Notes: generated from the sequence alone by a model not told the origin. Numbered from the stretch's first letter, positions 21,226 to 32,190 are shown. The stretch is 64,000 bases of DNA from ANME-2 cluster archaeon (GCA_014237145.1 JAAXOC010000096.1:60138-124137), one strand, 5' to 3'. Made by a program: numbers and translations.

Positions 21226-21984
21226 ATGGAAGAAGAGATAATCAATGAATTCACTTCAATCAAAGGAGTCGGCGAATCCAGGGCAAAGGCCTTGTATGAA
21301 GCAGGATATACTTCGATTGGGGACTTGAATGATGCCACTGCTGAGGAGTTATCCAGGGTTAGAGGTATTACCGACCAGTTGGCTGAGAGGATCAAGAACG
21401 AGGTTTCCCAGATATATGAAGATATCGAGGCCGGTGAAGCAGTTGAAGAATCTACACAAGAAGTAGTCAGGACTGAAAAAGTTGAGGCTGAAAAGGAATT
21501 CGAAGAACAAGCTGGGGAAGACGACGACGAAAACAAAGAAATCGAAGCAGTCCCAAAGGCAGAACTTGAACTGGATCCCGAATCCCAGAGACTGCTGAAA
21601 GTCAGGAAGAAGCAAAAAGCCAAAAAGCCAAATTTTGTCCAGACTGATCTGCACAAGAAAAAGAGACTTAAAAATTACTGGCGGCGGCCCAAGGGATTGC
21701 ATAACAAGAAACGGCGCTATATCCTTGGAAAGAGTGGAATGGCCAGGGTAGGATATGGAAGTCCCGTTGCAGTGAAGGGGCTTCATCCCTCAGGTTTCCA
21801 GGATATGCTGATGTCCAGGGTACAGGATCTTGATGAAATAGACCCAAGTACACAGGCAGTTCGCATTGCCAGAACAGTGGGACAGCGTAAGCGTATGGAG
21901 ATTGTCAATAAAGCCAGGAGCCTTGGACTGAAGATACTGAACCCTCCAACAGAAATGCATCCAGTGGAAGAGGAGGTGCAGTGA
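21226..21984 (+). CDS. rpl32e: 50S ribosomal protein L32e with N-terminal helix-hairpin-helix domain and acidic linker
   Basis: C-terminal [10 protein letters not shown] and GLHPSG; N-terminal [12 protein letters not shown]...VRGI HhH motifs. Confidence 0.95.
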   Translation: MEEEIINEFTSIKGVGESRAKALYEAGYTSIGDLNDATAEELSRVRGITDQLAERIKNEVSQIYEDIEAGEAVEESTQEVVRTEKVEAEKEFEEQAGEDDDENKEIEAVPKAELELDPESQRLLKVRKKQKAKKPNFVQTDLHKKKRLKNYWRRPKGLHNKKRRYILGKSGMARVGYGSPVAVKGLHPSGFQDMLMSRVQDLDEIDPSTQAVRIARTVGQRKRMEIVNKARSLGLKILNPPTEMHPVEEEVQ

Positions 21985-21985
21985 A

Positions 21986-22438
21986 ATGACTGATCTACGT
22001 AACCAGCGCAACATCGCAGCTCATGTACTAGATGTAGGTGTCCACAGAGTATGGATGGATCCGGAAGCTGCCGGTGATATTGCTAATGCGATCACACGCC
22101 AGGATATCAGGGAACTCATATCTGAGGGCGTAATTAAAGCCAAACCTGTAAAGGGTGTATCCAGGGGCAGAGCCCGGAAACTGGATATTAAGCGGGCATA
22201 CGGACACCGCAAGGGTCACGGTTCAAGAAAAGGAGCCAAAGGTGCACGCAATCCAAAGAAAAGGCAGTGGATAAAGAAAATACGCGCATTAAGAAGAAGG
22301 CTGCATGAAATGAAAGACGATGGTACGCTGGATAAGTCCACATATAACAGGATGTACCGCAAAGCCAAAGGCGGCGTATACAGGAATGTGGCACACATGG
22401 AAGTGCATATCGAATCCCTTGAACACAAGGAGGACTGA
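21986..22438 (+). CDS. rpl19e: 50S ribosomal protein L19e
   Basis: RVWMDP and [12 protein letters not shown]. Confidence 0.97.
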   Translation: MTDLRNQRNIAAHVLDVGVHRVWMDPEAAGDIANAITRQDIRELISEGVIKAKPVKGVSRGRARKLDIKRAYGHRKGHGSRKGAKGARNPKKRQWIKKIRALRRRLHEMKDDGTLDKSTYNRMYRKAKGGVYRNVAHMEVHIESLEHKED

Positions 22439-22440
22439 GA

Positions 22441-22965
22441 ATGGCAACAGGACCAAGATACAAAGTACCTTTCCGACGCAGAAGAGAGGGTAAGACCGAT
22501 TATCGTCAGCGTCTTCATCTATTGATTTCAAAACAGCCCAGGATAGTAGCACGCAGTAGCCTGCGCCACATGAAACTCCAGCTGGCCACACCAAAGCCTG
22601 AGGGGGACAATACCTGGGTTCATGCAGATTCCAGCGAACTTGAAAAATACGGCTATACAAGTAGCACAGGTAATACACCTGCGGCGTACCTTACGGGCCT
22701 GCTCTTCGGGTATAAGGCCAAGGCAGCGGGTTATGAAAACGCCATCCTGGATATGGGATTACAGGTCTCATCCAAAGGCTGCCGGGTATATGCTGCATTG
22801 AAAGGTGTGGTGGATTCGGGTTTCGAAGTACCCCATGACCCAGGGATATTCCCGAAGGAATCCAGGATAAAGGGTGAAGAGATCATGGAATACACAGGTA
22901 CGGATATACCTGCCCAGTTCGAGGAAGCTTTGGCAAAGATAAAGAATGAATTCGGGGAGGATTAA
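22441..22965 (+). CDS. rpl18: 50S ribosomal protein L18
   Basis: [11 protein letters not shown] and AYLTGLL. Confidence 0.97.
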   Translation: MATGPRYKVPFRRRREGKTDYRQRLHLLISKQPRIVARSSLRHMKLQLATPKPEGDNTWVHADSSELEKYGYTSSTGNTPAAYLTGLLFGYKAKAAGYENAILDMGLQVSSKGCRVYAALKGVVDSGFEVPHDPGIFPKESRIKGEEIMEYTGTDIPAQFEEALAKIKNEFGED

Positions 22966-22968
22966 ACA

Positions 22969-23589
22969 ATGGCATACGATTATGAAACGGAATGGGTTCC
23001 AAAGACACGATTGGGACAGCTGGTAAAAGAAGGCCAGATAACGTCAATTGAAGAGGCCCTGTCCTCTGGACTCCCTATAAAGGAACCCCAGTTGGTGGAT
23101 GCGCTGCTTCCAGAACTCAAGGAGGAAGTACTGGACATAAATATGGTCCAGAGGATGACCGATTCGGGCAGGCGTGTCAAGTTCAGGGCAGTTGTAGTAG
23201 TAGGCAATGAGGATGGTTACATAGGTCTGGGCCAGGGTAAGGATGTCCAGGTGGGACCTGCCATCAGGAAGGCCATAGATTCTGCAAAGATCAATATCTC
23301 AGGTATCAAGCGAGGATGCGGTTCCTGGGAGTGCGGATGCGATACAGAGCATACCGTGCCCTTTGAGGTCGTGGGTAAGATGGGCAGTGTAAAGGTCATA
23401 TTGAAACCCGCACCCAGGGGTCTGGGTCTGGCAGCCGGAAAAACGGCAAAGACTGTTATGCAATTGGCAGGTATCAAGGATGTCTGGACCAGGACAGAAG
23501 GGCAGACCAGGACCACCTTAAACTTTGCCAAGGCCACTTATGAAGCATTGAAAAGGACCGCAGTAGTCCGTACCGTGGGGGCAAAGTAA
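22969..23589 (+). CDS. rps5: 30S ribosomal protein S5
   Basis: [10 protein letters not shown] and PAPRGLGL. Confidence 0.98.
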   Translation: MAYDYETEWVPKTRLGQLVKEGQITSIEEALSSGLPIKEPQLVDALLPELKEEVLDINMVQRMTDSGRRVKFRAVVVVGNEDGYIGLGQGKDVQVGPAIRKAIDSAKINISGIKRGCGSWECGCDTEHTVPFEVVGKMGSVKVILKPAPRGLGLAAGKTAKTVMQLAGIKDVWTRTEGQTRTTLNFAKATYEALKRTAVVRTVGAK

Positions 23590-24050
23590 TGTATACCGCA
23601 GTGCGGCTAAGAAGTACGGTTAATACCAGGCCAGAGATCAGGGATACCCTGAAGATGCTCAGGCTCAACAGGCTCAATCACTGTGTTGTTCTTGAAGAGA
23701 ATCCACATAACAAGGGTATGATTCAGAAAGTGAAGGACTATGTGGCATGGGGAAATATTTCCCCTGAAGCTTTATCCCAGCTTATACGCAAGCGAGGCGA
23801 ACTTAAGGGAAATGGCGCACTAGATGATGAGTACGTTAAGGAGAATACTTCCTTTGACGGTATCAATGCACTGGCACAGGCAATCTGCTCAGGTGAAGTA
23901 TCTATCAAGGATGTCCCTATGCTAAATCCTGTATTCAGGCTCCATCCGCCTAGGAAAGGACATAAAGGTATCAAGAAAACGGTGCCTGAAGGTGGAGTAC
24001 TTGGTTATCACGGCGACGATATCAATGCACTTCTTCACAAGATGAGGTGA
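23589..24050 (+). CDS. rpl30: 50S ribosomal protein L30 (uL30)
   Basis: TLKMLRL and FRLHPPRKG. Confidence 0.97.
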   Translation: MYTAVRLRSTVNTRPEIRDTLKMLRLNRLNHCVVLEENPHNKGMIQKVKDYVAWGNISPEALSQLIRKRGELKGNGALDDEYVKENTSFDGINALAQAICSGEVSIKDVPMLNPVFRLHPPRKGHKGIKKTVPEGGVLGYHGDDINALLHKMR

Positions 24051-24055
24051 TACTT

Positions 24056-24556
24056 ATGAAAAAGAACATAACCAAATTCAGAGGTTCCAGGACGTGCGGA
24101 GGCGGCACACATAAGAACCGCCGAGGAGGGGGAAGCCGAGGAGGCCGGGGTAACGCAGGTGGGTGCAAACATCATTTCGTGCGCAATTACATGAAAGGCA
24201 TGGCATATGGCAAGCACGGATTCAAACGTCCACAAAAGGTCCTTTCAAATAAACCCATTGTGAATGTGGGTGAACTGGACGAACTGGCTGAACAACTGGT
24301 GCAGTATGGTGAGGCGCATAAACAAGGCGATATTTATCATATCAACTTGGCAGAACTGGAATACCCAATAGTGAAAGTACTGGGTAATGGCAGGATCACC
24401 AAACCCATGGCTATCACAGTCTCTGAATGTAGTGCAAGGGCAAGATTCAAGATCGAAGAAGCTGGCGGCAGTATAGAAAAATATATCCCATCAGTCAAAG
24501 AAGTAGACATTGAACCGGAAGAAACCGGGGAACCAGATGTTGAAGAAGACGTCTGA
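24056..24556 (+). CDS. rpl15: 50S ribosomal protein L15
   Basis: RGSRTCGGG and KVLGNG. Confidence 0.97.
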   Translation: MKKNITKFRGSRTCGGGTHKNRRGGGSRGGRGNAGGCKHHFVRNYMKGMAYGKHGFKRPQKVLSNKPIVNVGELDELAEQLVQYGEAHKQGDIYHINLAELEYPIVKVLGNGRITKPMAITVSECSARARFKIEEAGGSIEKYIPSVKEVDIEPEETGEPDVEEDV

Positions 24557-24616
24557 TCATTAATTCATGGAAAAAAAAACAATAATGTTAAATTATTGTT
24601 TTTCCATTCCATATTT

Positions 24617-24665
24617 TTAATATCAAAATCAGTTGCATTTATTAATATCAAAATCGGGTGCATTT
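24617..24665. repeat. 25-bp tandem duplication immediately upstream of secY
   Basis: TTAATATCAAAATCAGTTGCATTT-A-TTAATATCAAAATCGGGTGCATTT. Confidence 0.8.
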
Positions 24666-24666
24666 T

Positions 24667-26214
24667 ATGACCTTAAAGGATACAATCGAACCAATCTTGC
24701 GAAAACTTCCGGCTGTATCAAGACCGGAGGGGCATGTCCATTTCAAGAAGAAACTGACTTGGACTCTGAGCATACTAGTGATGTATTTCGCTTTGTCCAA
24801 TGTTCCGCTTTTCGGCATGTCTCCTGAATCCATAGACCTGTTCGAACAATACAGGGCATTCTTTGCAGGGGCTTCGGGCTCACTCTTGCTACTGGGTATC
24901 GGCCCCATTGTTACTGCATCCATTGTGTTACAGCTGCTGGTGGGAGCTGATGTGATCAAGATGGACCTGAGCAACCCCCAGGACCAGGCGATCTTCCAGG
25001 GAGTCCAGAAACTGCTGGTGTTTGTGATGATCATATTGACAGCGTTGCCCCAGATCTTAGGCGGGTACATCAAGCCCGATGTCGGCCTGGCAGCCATACT
25101 GGCAGCGGATTTCAACATCTCTGCCGCAGCCGGGTTGGATCTTGTGCTGTTGATCATATTCATTCAGATATTCATTGGCGGAACCTTGATATTGTTCATG
25201 GATGAGGTGGTATCCAAATGGGGAATAGGTTCCGGCGTGGGACTGTTCATTGTGGCAGGAGTGTCACAGGCGATCGTTACGGGCCTGTTCAGTATAACAC
25301 GCCCGGGAGGACCTGGCAGTGCACCAGTTGGCCTTTTACCAAAATGGCTGTATTTCACTACCGATGTGGGACTTGGCAACCTGTTCTCAGATAATGCTTT
25401 CCAGAACGTTTTCATCGATGGCGGTATCCTGGCACTGATAAGTACGGTCCTGATTTTCCTTGTGGTGGTATATGTAGAATCCACCCGTATCGAGATACCT
25501 CTGGCCCATAGTGCGGTGCGGGGTGCCAGGGGCAGGTTCCCTGTAAAGCTTATTTATGCCAGTGTACTTCCCATGATACTGGTCAGGGCACTGCAGGCAA
25601 ATATCCAAATGGTAGGCATGCTGCTGTTCAATAAAGGGATTACGTTCTTTGGTGAGTTCAGGGGCGGTACTGCTACCAGCGGCCTGATGTATTATTTATC
25701 GCCATTACACGGTCCCAGTGATTGGATACCCAGTCTGGTGAAGCAGAATTTTGATGATATTAATATGCAGTTTGCTACTGAAGCCACCGGTTTTGCACCT
25801 GTAGATGTACCGGCTACCTGGCAGATATTATTACATGTGGGCGCGGATGCTACCATGTTGATAGTTGGTGGTGTCATATTTGCGCTGTTCTGGATAGAGA
25901 CTACAGGTATGAATGCAAAGAACACGGCCCAGAAGATACACAATTCAGGTATGCAAATACCGGGATTCAGGCGGAACATTGACAGTATTGAGCGGGTTAT
26001 GAACCGTTATATTCCAAGAGTTACTATTATCGGAGGTGCGTTCATCGGACTGTTGACACTGTTGGCCAGTCTCATGGGTACGCTGGGTGGTGCAGGAGGG
26101 ACCGGTCTGCTGCTGGCTGTGAGTATTGTATATAGGCTGTACGAGGACCTGGCATCCGAACAGATGATGGAGATGCATCCAATGATGAGACAATTCCTCG
26201 GAGGTACTTCATAG
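24667..26214 (+). CDS. secY: Protein translocase subunit SecY
   Basis: LGIGPIVTASIVLQLL, KWGIGSG and IPGFR; multiple TM helices. Confidence 0.98.
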   Translation: MTLKDTIEPILRKLPAVSRPEGHVHFKKKLTWTLSILVMYFALSNVPLFGMSPESIDLFEQYRAFFAGASGSLLLLGIGPIVTASIVLQLLVGADVIKMDLSNPQDQAIFQGVQKLLVFVMIILTALPQILGGYIKPDVGLAAILAADFNISAAAGLDLVLLIIFIQIFIGGTLILFMDEVVSKWGIGSGVGLFIVAGVSQAIVTGLFSITRPGGPGSAPVGLLPKWLYFTTDVGLGNLFSDNAFQNVFIDGGILALISTVLIFLVVVYVESTRIEIPLAHSAVRGARGRFPVKLIYASVLPMILVRALQANIQMVGMLLFNKGITFFGEFRGGTATSGLMYYLSPLHGPSDWIPSLVKQNFDDINMQFATEATGFAPVDVPATWQILLHVGADATMLIVGGVIFALFWIETTGMNAKNTAQKIHNSGMQIPGFRRNIDSIERVMNRYIPRVTIIGGAFIGLLTLLASLMGTLGGAGGTGLLLAVSIVYRLYEDLASEQMMEMHPMMRQFLGGTS

Positions 26215-26215
26215 T

Positions 26216-26869
26216 ATGGTCAATCTGGTATTACTTGGTGCGCCGGGTGCGGGTAAGGGCACCCAGGCCAAGATGCTGGCAGGGAAGTACGGTATCCTTC
26301 ACATATCCACAGGCGATATATTACGTGAGAATGTGAGCAATAATACCGAACTGGGCCAAAAAGCAAAGGAGTACATGGACAAGGGTGAACTCGTCCCTGA
26401 CACTGTACTGATAGATATTATCAAGGACAGGTTATCTAAACCTGACACCGATAACGGATTCCTGCTGGACGGCTATCCACGGACCATTCCCCAGGCAGTG
26501 GCACTGGACGATATCTTCAGCCAGTTGGGAAAGAGACTGGATGTAGTGATAGATATCAAGGTTCAGGACGAGGAACTGGTGGCAAGGCTGGCAGGCAGGC
26601 GGATGTGTAAATGCGGTGCCAGCTATCACGCAACGTTCAATCCTCCAAAGGAGGATGGGATATGCGATGTATGTGGCGGGGAATTGTACCAGCGTGACGA
26701 TGATACCGAAAGCTCAGTGAAGACCAGGCTGGTCGCTTATTACAACCAGACCCACCCGCTTATTGATTATTATACCGATAAAGGATTGTTGCATACTGTT
26801 AGTGGTACCGGGGATATTGAGGATATCTTTGGTGAGATCACAGTCGTTATTGATAAGATATTGGAGTAG
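26216..26869 (+). CDS. adk: Adenylate kinase (bacterial type, Zn-lid)
   Basis: GAPGAGKGTQ, LDGYPRT, and lid CKC...CDVC. Confidence 0.97.
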   Translation: MVNLVLLGAPGAGKGTQAKMLAGKYGILHISTGDILRENVSNNTELGQKAKEYMDKGELVPDTVLIDIIKDRLSKPDTDNGFLLDGYPRTIPQAVALDDIFSQLGKRLDVVIDIKVQDEELVARLAGRRMCKCGASYHATFNPPKEDGICDVCGGELYQRDDDTESSVKTRLVAYYNQTHPLIDYYTDKGLLHTVSGTGDIEDIFGEITVVIDKILE

Positions 26870-26872
26870 GAC

Positions 26873-27484
26873 ATGCCAAAATCTGACTTTAAGCAGACAC
26901 TGGAAAGGGCTGCACTTGCCCTTGGTTTCGGAATGATGTTCGGAATCATCCTGCTTGGTGAACGTTTCAGGATACAGGTGGGTGAGGTAGTACAGATATT
27001 ACTGGGGCCGCTGCCCGATATCCTGCCCTTCCATATTATGCTGTTCGTAATGGCCGCTATTACCGGCCTGTATGCATCGCTGATACAGAAATATACAATG
27101 GATTGGGAACTGATGCGCCGGGTGCAGGACCAGATGAAGAACTTCCAGAAGGAGTTCAGGGAGGCGCAGCTTGCAGATAACCAGGCTAAAGTGAAGAAAC
27201 TGGAAGCCGAGCGCTCAGCCATGATGAATGACCAGATGCAAATGACCAAACAGCAGTTCAAACCCATGGCTTATATCAGCATTATCTCGCTGCCCCTGTT
27301 CATGTGGGCGTATCTTTACATTGGGGAGCACCCTGACCCAGTCCTTATTTTCCCGTTCTGGGGTGAAAAGTCGCTGACCGGGTTTGCACTGGGTCCCATC
27401 CAGTACTGGATATACTGGTATTTCATTTGCAGTCTGCCAATCAGCCAGATTATCAGGAAGAGCCTGAATATCGGCGGCGTGTGA
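26873..27484 (+). CDS. DUF106 / EMC3-TMCO1 (Oxa1 superfamily) membrane protein
   Basis: Coiled coil, QQFKPM and WIYWYFICS; canonical position after secY-adk. Confidence 0.92.
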   Translation: MPKSDFKQTLERAALALGFGMMFGIILLGERFRIQVGEVVQILLGPLPDILPFHIMLFVMAAITGLYASLIQKYTMDWELMRRVQDQMKNFQKEFREAQLADNQAKVKKLEAERSAMMNDQMQMTKQQFKPMAYISIISLPLFMWAYLYIGEHPDPVLIFPFWGEKSLTGFALGPIQYWIYWYFICSLPISQIIRKSLNIGGV

Positions 27485-27486
27485 AC

Positions 27487-28026
27487 ATGATAATTACAGT
27501 CAGCGGTCCACCAGGGAGCGGGAAGAGTACGCTTTCAAGGATGATAGCTGAATATTTTAACCTGGAACTTGTATCTTCAGGTGACGTTTTCAGGGCCATG
27601 GCAAAGGAAAAGGGAGTGGATCTTGAAAAGTTAGGGCACATGGCCGAAGCTGATCCTGCCATTGACAAGGAGATAGACAGGCGGCAGGTGGAGCTTTCAA
27701 AGACTAAAGGGGATTTCCTGTTTGAGGGACGTCTATCGGGCTGCCTGATAGATGCGGACCTGAAGATAATGCTCAAGACTGATGTGGAGGTCAGGGCAAG
27801 GCGCATCGCAGGCAGGGAAAATATTTCCCCAAAGCAGGCCATGCACGAGACCATGGTACGCCAAAAGAGTGAAGCAAAGCGGTACAGGGTGCACTATGAT
27901 ATCGATATAACAGATTTGACCCTGTATGACCTGGTGATCGAGTCAAGTGTCTGGGACCAGGATGCTACGGCAAATGTTGCTATTACAGCAATTGGATCTA
28001 TGAAGAAAAAGGGACTGAGGGGTTAG
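27487..28026 (+). CDS. cmk: Cytidylate kinase
   Basis: ITVSGPPGSGKST and EGRLSG. Confidence 0.95.
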   Translation: MIITVSGPPGSGKSTLSRMIAEYFNLELVSSGDVFRAMAKEKGVDLEKLGHMAEADPAIDKEIDRRQVELSKTKGDFLFEGRLSGCLIDADLKIMLKTDVEVRARRIAGRENISPKQAMHETMVRQKSEAKRYRVHYDIDITDLTLYDLVIESSVWDQDATANVAITAIGSMKKKGLRG

Positions 28027-29046
28027 ATGGAGGAAAAACTTCCTGCTGACATCAAACGGGAACTGAAATGCAAAGTGGAGGATACCACTGACCCTGCTTA
28101 TGGATTTATTCCTAACAAGCGTCCTATAAGGGAGCATATTACCCATGGTGTAATTAATCTCGACAAACCGGCCGGACCTACCAGTCATGAGGTGGTGTCG
28201 TGGGTGAAGAAGATACTGGACCTTCCCAGGGCAGGGCACGGCGGGACACTGGACCCTAAGGTTACTGGTCTTTTGCCTATTATGATGGGCGATGCAACCA
28301 AGTCGGTTGGGGCGCTGATGACTGCGGGGAAGGAATATATATGTTTAATGAAATTACACACCACTGTAAAAAAGACCGTAGTTAAGGAGATTGCACAGGA
28401 GTTCACCGGACCTATCTACCAGAGACCTCCGGTAAAGTCGGCTGTGAAACGTGAGGTAAGGATACGCAATATCTATTACCTGGATATTCCTGAGATCAAT
28501 GGTACTAATGTGCTGATGCGCGTGGGCTGTGAGGCCGGTACTTATATCAGGAAATTGTGCCATGATATGGGCGAAGCTCTTGGTTCTGGTGCACATATGC
28601 AGGAGTTGCGGAGAACCCGTAGCGGACCGTTTAAGGAAGATGACAGCACGATGACGCTGTTCGACTTGAAGGATGCTATGGTCATATACCAGGAGTCAGA
28701 TGACGAGAGCGAACTGCGCCGGGTGATACAGCCAATGGAGGCAGGTCTTGTGCATCTACCCAGGATTATGATAAGGGACAGTGCTGTGGACCCTATATGT
28801 CACGGTGCCAGCCTGGCCGCACCCGGTGTGGTGAAGGTCGATACTGATATGAACACGGGCGATATGGTGCTGGTCATGCGCTTAAAAGGCGAAGCGGTTG
28901 CGCTTGCATGGAGTCTTATGGATACGGATGCCGTGCTTGAGGCCCAGACTGGTATGGTGGCCGACACCAAGCGGGTGCTGATGCCTGAGGGTACTTATCC
29001 CAAGGGCTGGACAGCGAAGACGGAAAAATCTGATGAAGCTGACTGA
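28027..29046 (+). CDS. cbf5: RNA-guided pseudouridine synthase Cbf5
   Basis: DKPAGPTSHEV, GHGGTLDPKVTG, and PUA domain. Confidence 0.97.
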   Translation: MEEKLPADIKRELKCKVEDTTDPAYGFIPNKRPIREHITHGVINLDKPAGPTSHEVVSWVKKILDLPRAGHGGTLDPKVTGLLPIMMGDATKSVGALMTAGKEYICLMKLHTTVKKTVVKEIAQEFTGPIYQRPPVKSAVKREVRIRNIYYLDIPEINGTNVLMRVGCEAGTYIRKLCHDMGEALGSGAHMQELRRTRSGPFKEDDSTMTLFDLKDAMVIYQESDDESELRRVIQPMEAGLVHLPRIMIRDSAVDPICHGASLAAPGVVKVDTDMNTGDMVLVMRLKGEAVALAWSLMDTDAVLEAQTGMVADTKRVLMPEGTYPKGWTAKTEKSDEAD

Positions 29047-29081
29047 AAATGTCAGTCGAACGCAAAATACGATACCTTGAT

Positions 29082-29166
29082 GCCGAGGTAGTCTAGCGGT
29101 ATGGCGCAAGCCTGGAAAGCTTGTGGGGCTTGGTTCCCCTCGGGAGTTCGAATCTCCCCCTCGGCG
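29082..29166 (+). tRNA. tRNA-Ser (GGA), no encoded CCA
   Basis: Acceptor GCCGAGG/CCTCGGC, anticodon arm CAAGC-CTGGAAA-GCTTG, long variable arm, TTCGAAT T-loop. Confidence 0.96.
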
Positions 29167-29221
29167 CTTTATTATTCTACGGTTATTGTTATATTTTTTA
29201 TAACGAAACGTTTTTAAATAT

Positions 29222-29800
29222 ATGACGATATGTACAATTTATATGTACGATTTGAGCCATATATTCACGAAATCAAATCTTAAGATTTTCAGACTTTTGA
29301 AGAAGGAAGAAGGGTTATATATCAGGGAGATTGCAGAAAGACTTGCTATATCGCCTTTTTCTGTCCACAATTCGATCAAGTTATTTAAAAGATTGGGGTT
29401 TGTCGAGGTAAAGAAAGTCAAAAACAGGAAAACAATCTATCTAGTCCGGGATAATCCTATACTTAAAAAAATGCTTTCTTTGATAAATATTTCGGACCTA
29501 TCTGGGAATAAAAACTTTAAAAGGCTAATGAAATCAGGAAAGGTGGGGGTTTACGGTAGTTTTGCATCAGGAGAGGATACTAAACATAGCGACATTGATC
29601 TATGGTGCTATAAGCAGGAAAAAGTTTCAAATATTGAACTAAGAGAAATCACCAGGGAGATTGAGAAAGACTTTGGGATGGAAGTAAAACTATTTGTTTT
29701 AAATGACTCAAAGATAAAGGATATAATGGATAATGACCCTGAATTTTTTTACCGGTTGAAATTGAGTTCAATAGCTGTAAATGGTGATGTGTTTGGCTGA
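29222..29800 (+). CDS. HTH + minimal nucleotidyltransferase (MntA-type antitoxin)
   Basis: N-terminal wHTH (YIREIAERL) and GSFASGED...SDIDL motif; start may be 29243. Confidence 0.85.
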   Translation: MTICTIYMYDLSHIFTKSNLKIFRLLKKEEGLYIREIAERLAISPFSVHNSIKLFKRLGFVEVKKVKNRKTIYLVRDNPILKKMLSLINISDLSGNKNFKRLMKSGKVGVYGSFASGEDTKHSDIDLWCYKQEKVSNIELREITREIEKDFGMEVKLFVLNDSKIKDIMDNDPEFFYRLKLSSIAVNGDVFG

Positions 29801-30011
29801 AGTTGAAAGATGTTTCAATAAGGGGTTATTGCAAAAGCGCGGTCCGAGTATCGATTTGGCCAGAAAGAGTATACGGCAGGCAGATATATTTCTCAAGGAT
29901 GCAGGTAAATTAATTGATTCGGACATGACCCGAATGAGTGTACTTGCTTTGTATAATGCATTTTTTCATGCAGCAAGAGCATTGCTTTTTAAAGAGTGGA
30001 GGGGTATATGA
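29793..30011 (+). pseudogene. HEPN-domain toxin, C-terminally truncated
   Basis: YNAFFHAARALL HEPN N-terminal helix; frame stops after about 70 aa, before the C-terminal R-x4-6-H/Y motif. Confidence 0.75.
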
Positions 30012-30104
30012 AAAGAGCGAGGAGTGACTCCCTGGCTTTAAAAATATAAAAAATTCAATCTTAAAACCCAAATTAGCAACGTACTGATACTGACTCACAC
30101 GAAC

Positions 30105-30506
30105 TTAAAGTTCTTTTATATATTCAGCTTCAATTTCTTTAAACATATTAAAATGCTTTTCATTAGCAGTAGCCAATATGAGTTCATATTCATTGGCCGT
30201 TGCTGCAATTATGGCATCAGGAAGTTCAGTCCTATAAGCAGCATCATATTTCTGCCTCAACTTTCCGGCAGTGATGGCGATATTCCTTTCAACCTCAATC
30301 GCTTCCATACAATCCAGTATTCAATAAATTGCACATTCATCGTCAGCATTTCTTGAACCGGATAACAGTTCAGCTTCAGTTATGACCGAAAAGAACCCTA
30401 ATGCACTCTCATCAATAATCCTCATAAGAAAATCCCTGGCATTTTCCCTACCCTTCAGATAATTGATAATGATATCCGTGTCAAGAAGGAACCGGGTTCT
30501 ATACAT
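30105..30506 (-). pseudogene. vapC: PIN-domain VapC toxin with one in-frame TGA
   Basis: LLDTDIII...SVITEAELLSG...AIY*ILDCME...LPDAIIAATA...ATANEKHF; both track ORFs share one frame, split by TGA at 30321-30323. Confidence 0.85.
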
Positions 30507-30753
30507 TATCGATCCTCTTCGTTCTTTTATCCCATCCGCTCCTTATGTCATCAACATATTCTATTCCGCCTTTAATCTCGTTTCTTTCGGACCAGACACC
30601 AAATGCTTCCATTGCATTCTCTTTTTGTACATCTCTTTCTAATGTGATCTTCACCACACTATCAACTGCAAGACCCATCGCTTCTTTAATCTTGTAAGGT
30701 AGCGATATATGTCCATCAGGTAACACTTTAGCGGTATAATTTATAGTTTTTAT
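30499..30753 (-). CDS. AbrB-like (VapB) antitoxin; apparent start codon is ATA
   Basis: (I)KTINYTAKVLPDGHISLP...AFGVWSER...YVDDIRSGW; GAGGTGA SD precedes ATA at 30753. Confidence 0.65.
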   Translation of the reverse strand: MKTINYTAKVLPDGHISLPYKIKEAMGLAVDSVVKITLERDVQKENAMEAFGVWSERNEIKGGIEYVDDIRSGWDKRTKRIDNV

Positions 30754-30824
30754 TATCTCACCTCATTTATGCTATTTGTAACTCCTTTAATTAAATATGT
30801 TCTTACTGGCAATCGCTTATTATT

Positions 30825-31019
30825 TCATATCATGTCCATTTCTATTCCCTCTCCTTTTTCCAGCTCCTCAATAGACTGATCGATGCTTCCAAGAGCCTCT
30901 TTATCCAAAAGAATTTCTAAAGTTTCAGATTCTGCTATACTTAGACCTTTTAAGATGTGAGCCAGTCGTTCGAGGTTAATCAGTTCGACTCTATCCATTT
31001 ATTTTATTGTTGTCGACAT
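30825..31019 (-). pseudogene. Orphan RelB/Phd-like antitoxin with internal TAA at codon 7
   Basis: MSTTIK*MDRVEL...ETLEILLDKEALGSIDQSIEELEKGEGI; GGTGA SD before ATG at 31019. Confidence 0.55.
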
Positions 31020-31444
31020 CTATAAATCACCTTCTTATTCTTATGTTTATAGTGATTATATAATATATTCCCTGCTTCATTCTACAATCCCTGTATCCCT
31101 TTAAGGTGGCTGTTGGTCTCTTTGACGTTAAAATCCCGATTGCAAGCATTATGCATTTCATGGATTTATTACTTCTTTAGATGATATCCTGTGGTTAATG
31201 TGGTTGAATTGTTCTTTTGGGCAGTATTTCTTGGGTTATTTTTTTGTATATAATGTGAGCTGTCCATATTAGAAGTGCTGAATAATAGAGTTGATTGAAT
31301 TATCTCTATATGCAGAGGAATAACAAACAAGGTTAAGCAAAATTCTCAATGGACTTAAATAATTTAGAAATTCTTATAACTCATAATGGCATATGATTAT
31401 GAAATATCGCTATCATATATCCCATCACAGGATGGAGGCAGTAA

Positions 31445-32182
31445 ATGTTCAAGGCAATTATAGAATCTGAAAAACTCAAAGAAACCATTGAAGCAGTTTC
31501 AAGTATTGTTGATGAGGCCAAGATCAATCTAGCTCCTGACGGGATGTCGGTAAAGGCAGTGGACCCGGCCAATGTGGCAATGATCACCCTTAACCTGAAA
31601 TCCGCTGCTTTTGAAGAGTTCACGGCCACCGAAGGCGAACTGGGTGTGGACTTGAACAGGTTGAACGATATCCTGGGTATGGCTGAAAAAGCAGAGACCG
31701 TGGAAATAGAGCTGGATGAAGAATCCCACAAACTTGTTATAGGGATGAGCGGCCTGACCTATAAGATATCGCTGCTTGATCCTGCTTCTATTCGCAAGGA
31801 ACCAAAGGTACCACAACTGGAACTTCCTGCCCGCATTGTGCTGTCTGGCAATGACCTGAAACGTGCCGTCAAGGCCGCTGAAAAGGTATCCGACCATATG
31901 GGCATGGGAATAGATGGAGAAATATTCTATCTTGAAGCAGAAGGTGACTCGGACCGGATGCGGCTTGATATGACCAGGGACCAGCTAATTAGTCTTGAAC
32001 CCGGAGATGCCCGTTCATTGTTCTCACTGGATTACCTTTCAGATATGGTCAAGTCAGCAGGCAAGGCAAATGAAGTCACTATAGAACTGGGCAAGGATTT
32101 CCCAACAATGATAAAATTCCAGATCGCTGGCGGGAATGGCGAAGTAAACTATCTCCTGGCACCGAGGATCGAATCTGATTAA
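31445..32182 (+). CDS. pcn: DNA polymerase sliding clamp PCNA
   Basis: AVDPANVAM and YLLAPRIE. Confidence 0.97.
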   Translation: MFKAIIESEKLKETIEAVSSIVDEAKINLAPDGMSVKAVDPANVAMITLNLKSAAFEEFTATEGELGVDLNRLNDILGMAEKAETVEIELDEESHKLVIGMSGLTYKISLLDPASIRKEPKVPQLELPARIVLSGNDLKRAVKAAEKVSDHMGMGIDGEIFYLEAEGDSDRMRLDMTRDQLISLEPGDARSLFSLDYLSDMVKSAGKANEVTIELGKDFPTMIKFQIAGGNGEVNYLLAPRIESD

Positions 32183-32190
32183 TATTTGCA

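Noticed and set aside
26216..28026. Bacterial-type adk and absence of rpl34e/rpl14e in the operon as novelty
   Set aside because: Known arrangement in Methanosarcinales and related lineages
30321..30323. Selenocysteine at the vapC TGA
   Set aside because: The position is not a catalytic Cys site in PIN domains, no SECIS is evident, and neighbouring genes are also decayed
29140..31440. Integrated element bounded by a tRNA-Ser 3' att duplication
   Set aside because: No second copy of the tRNA 3' end and no integrase were found before pcn
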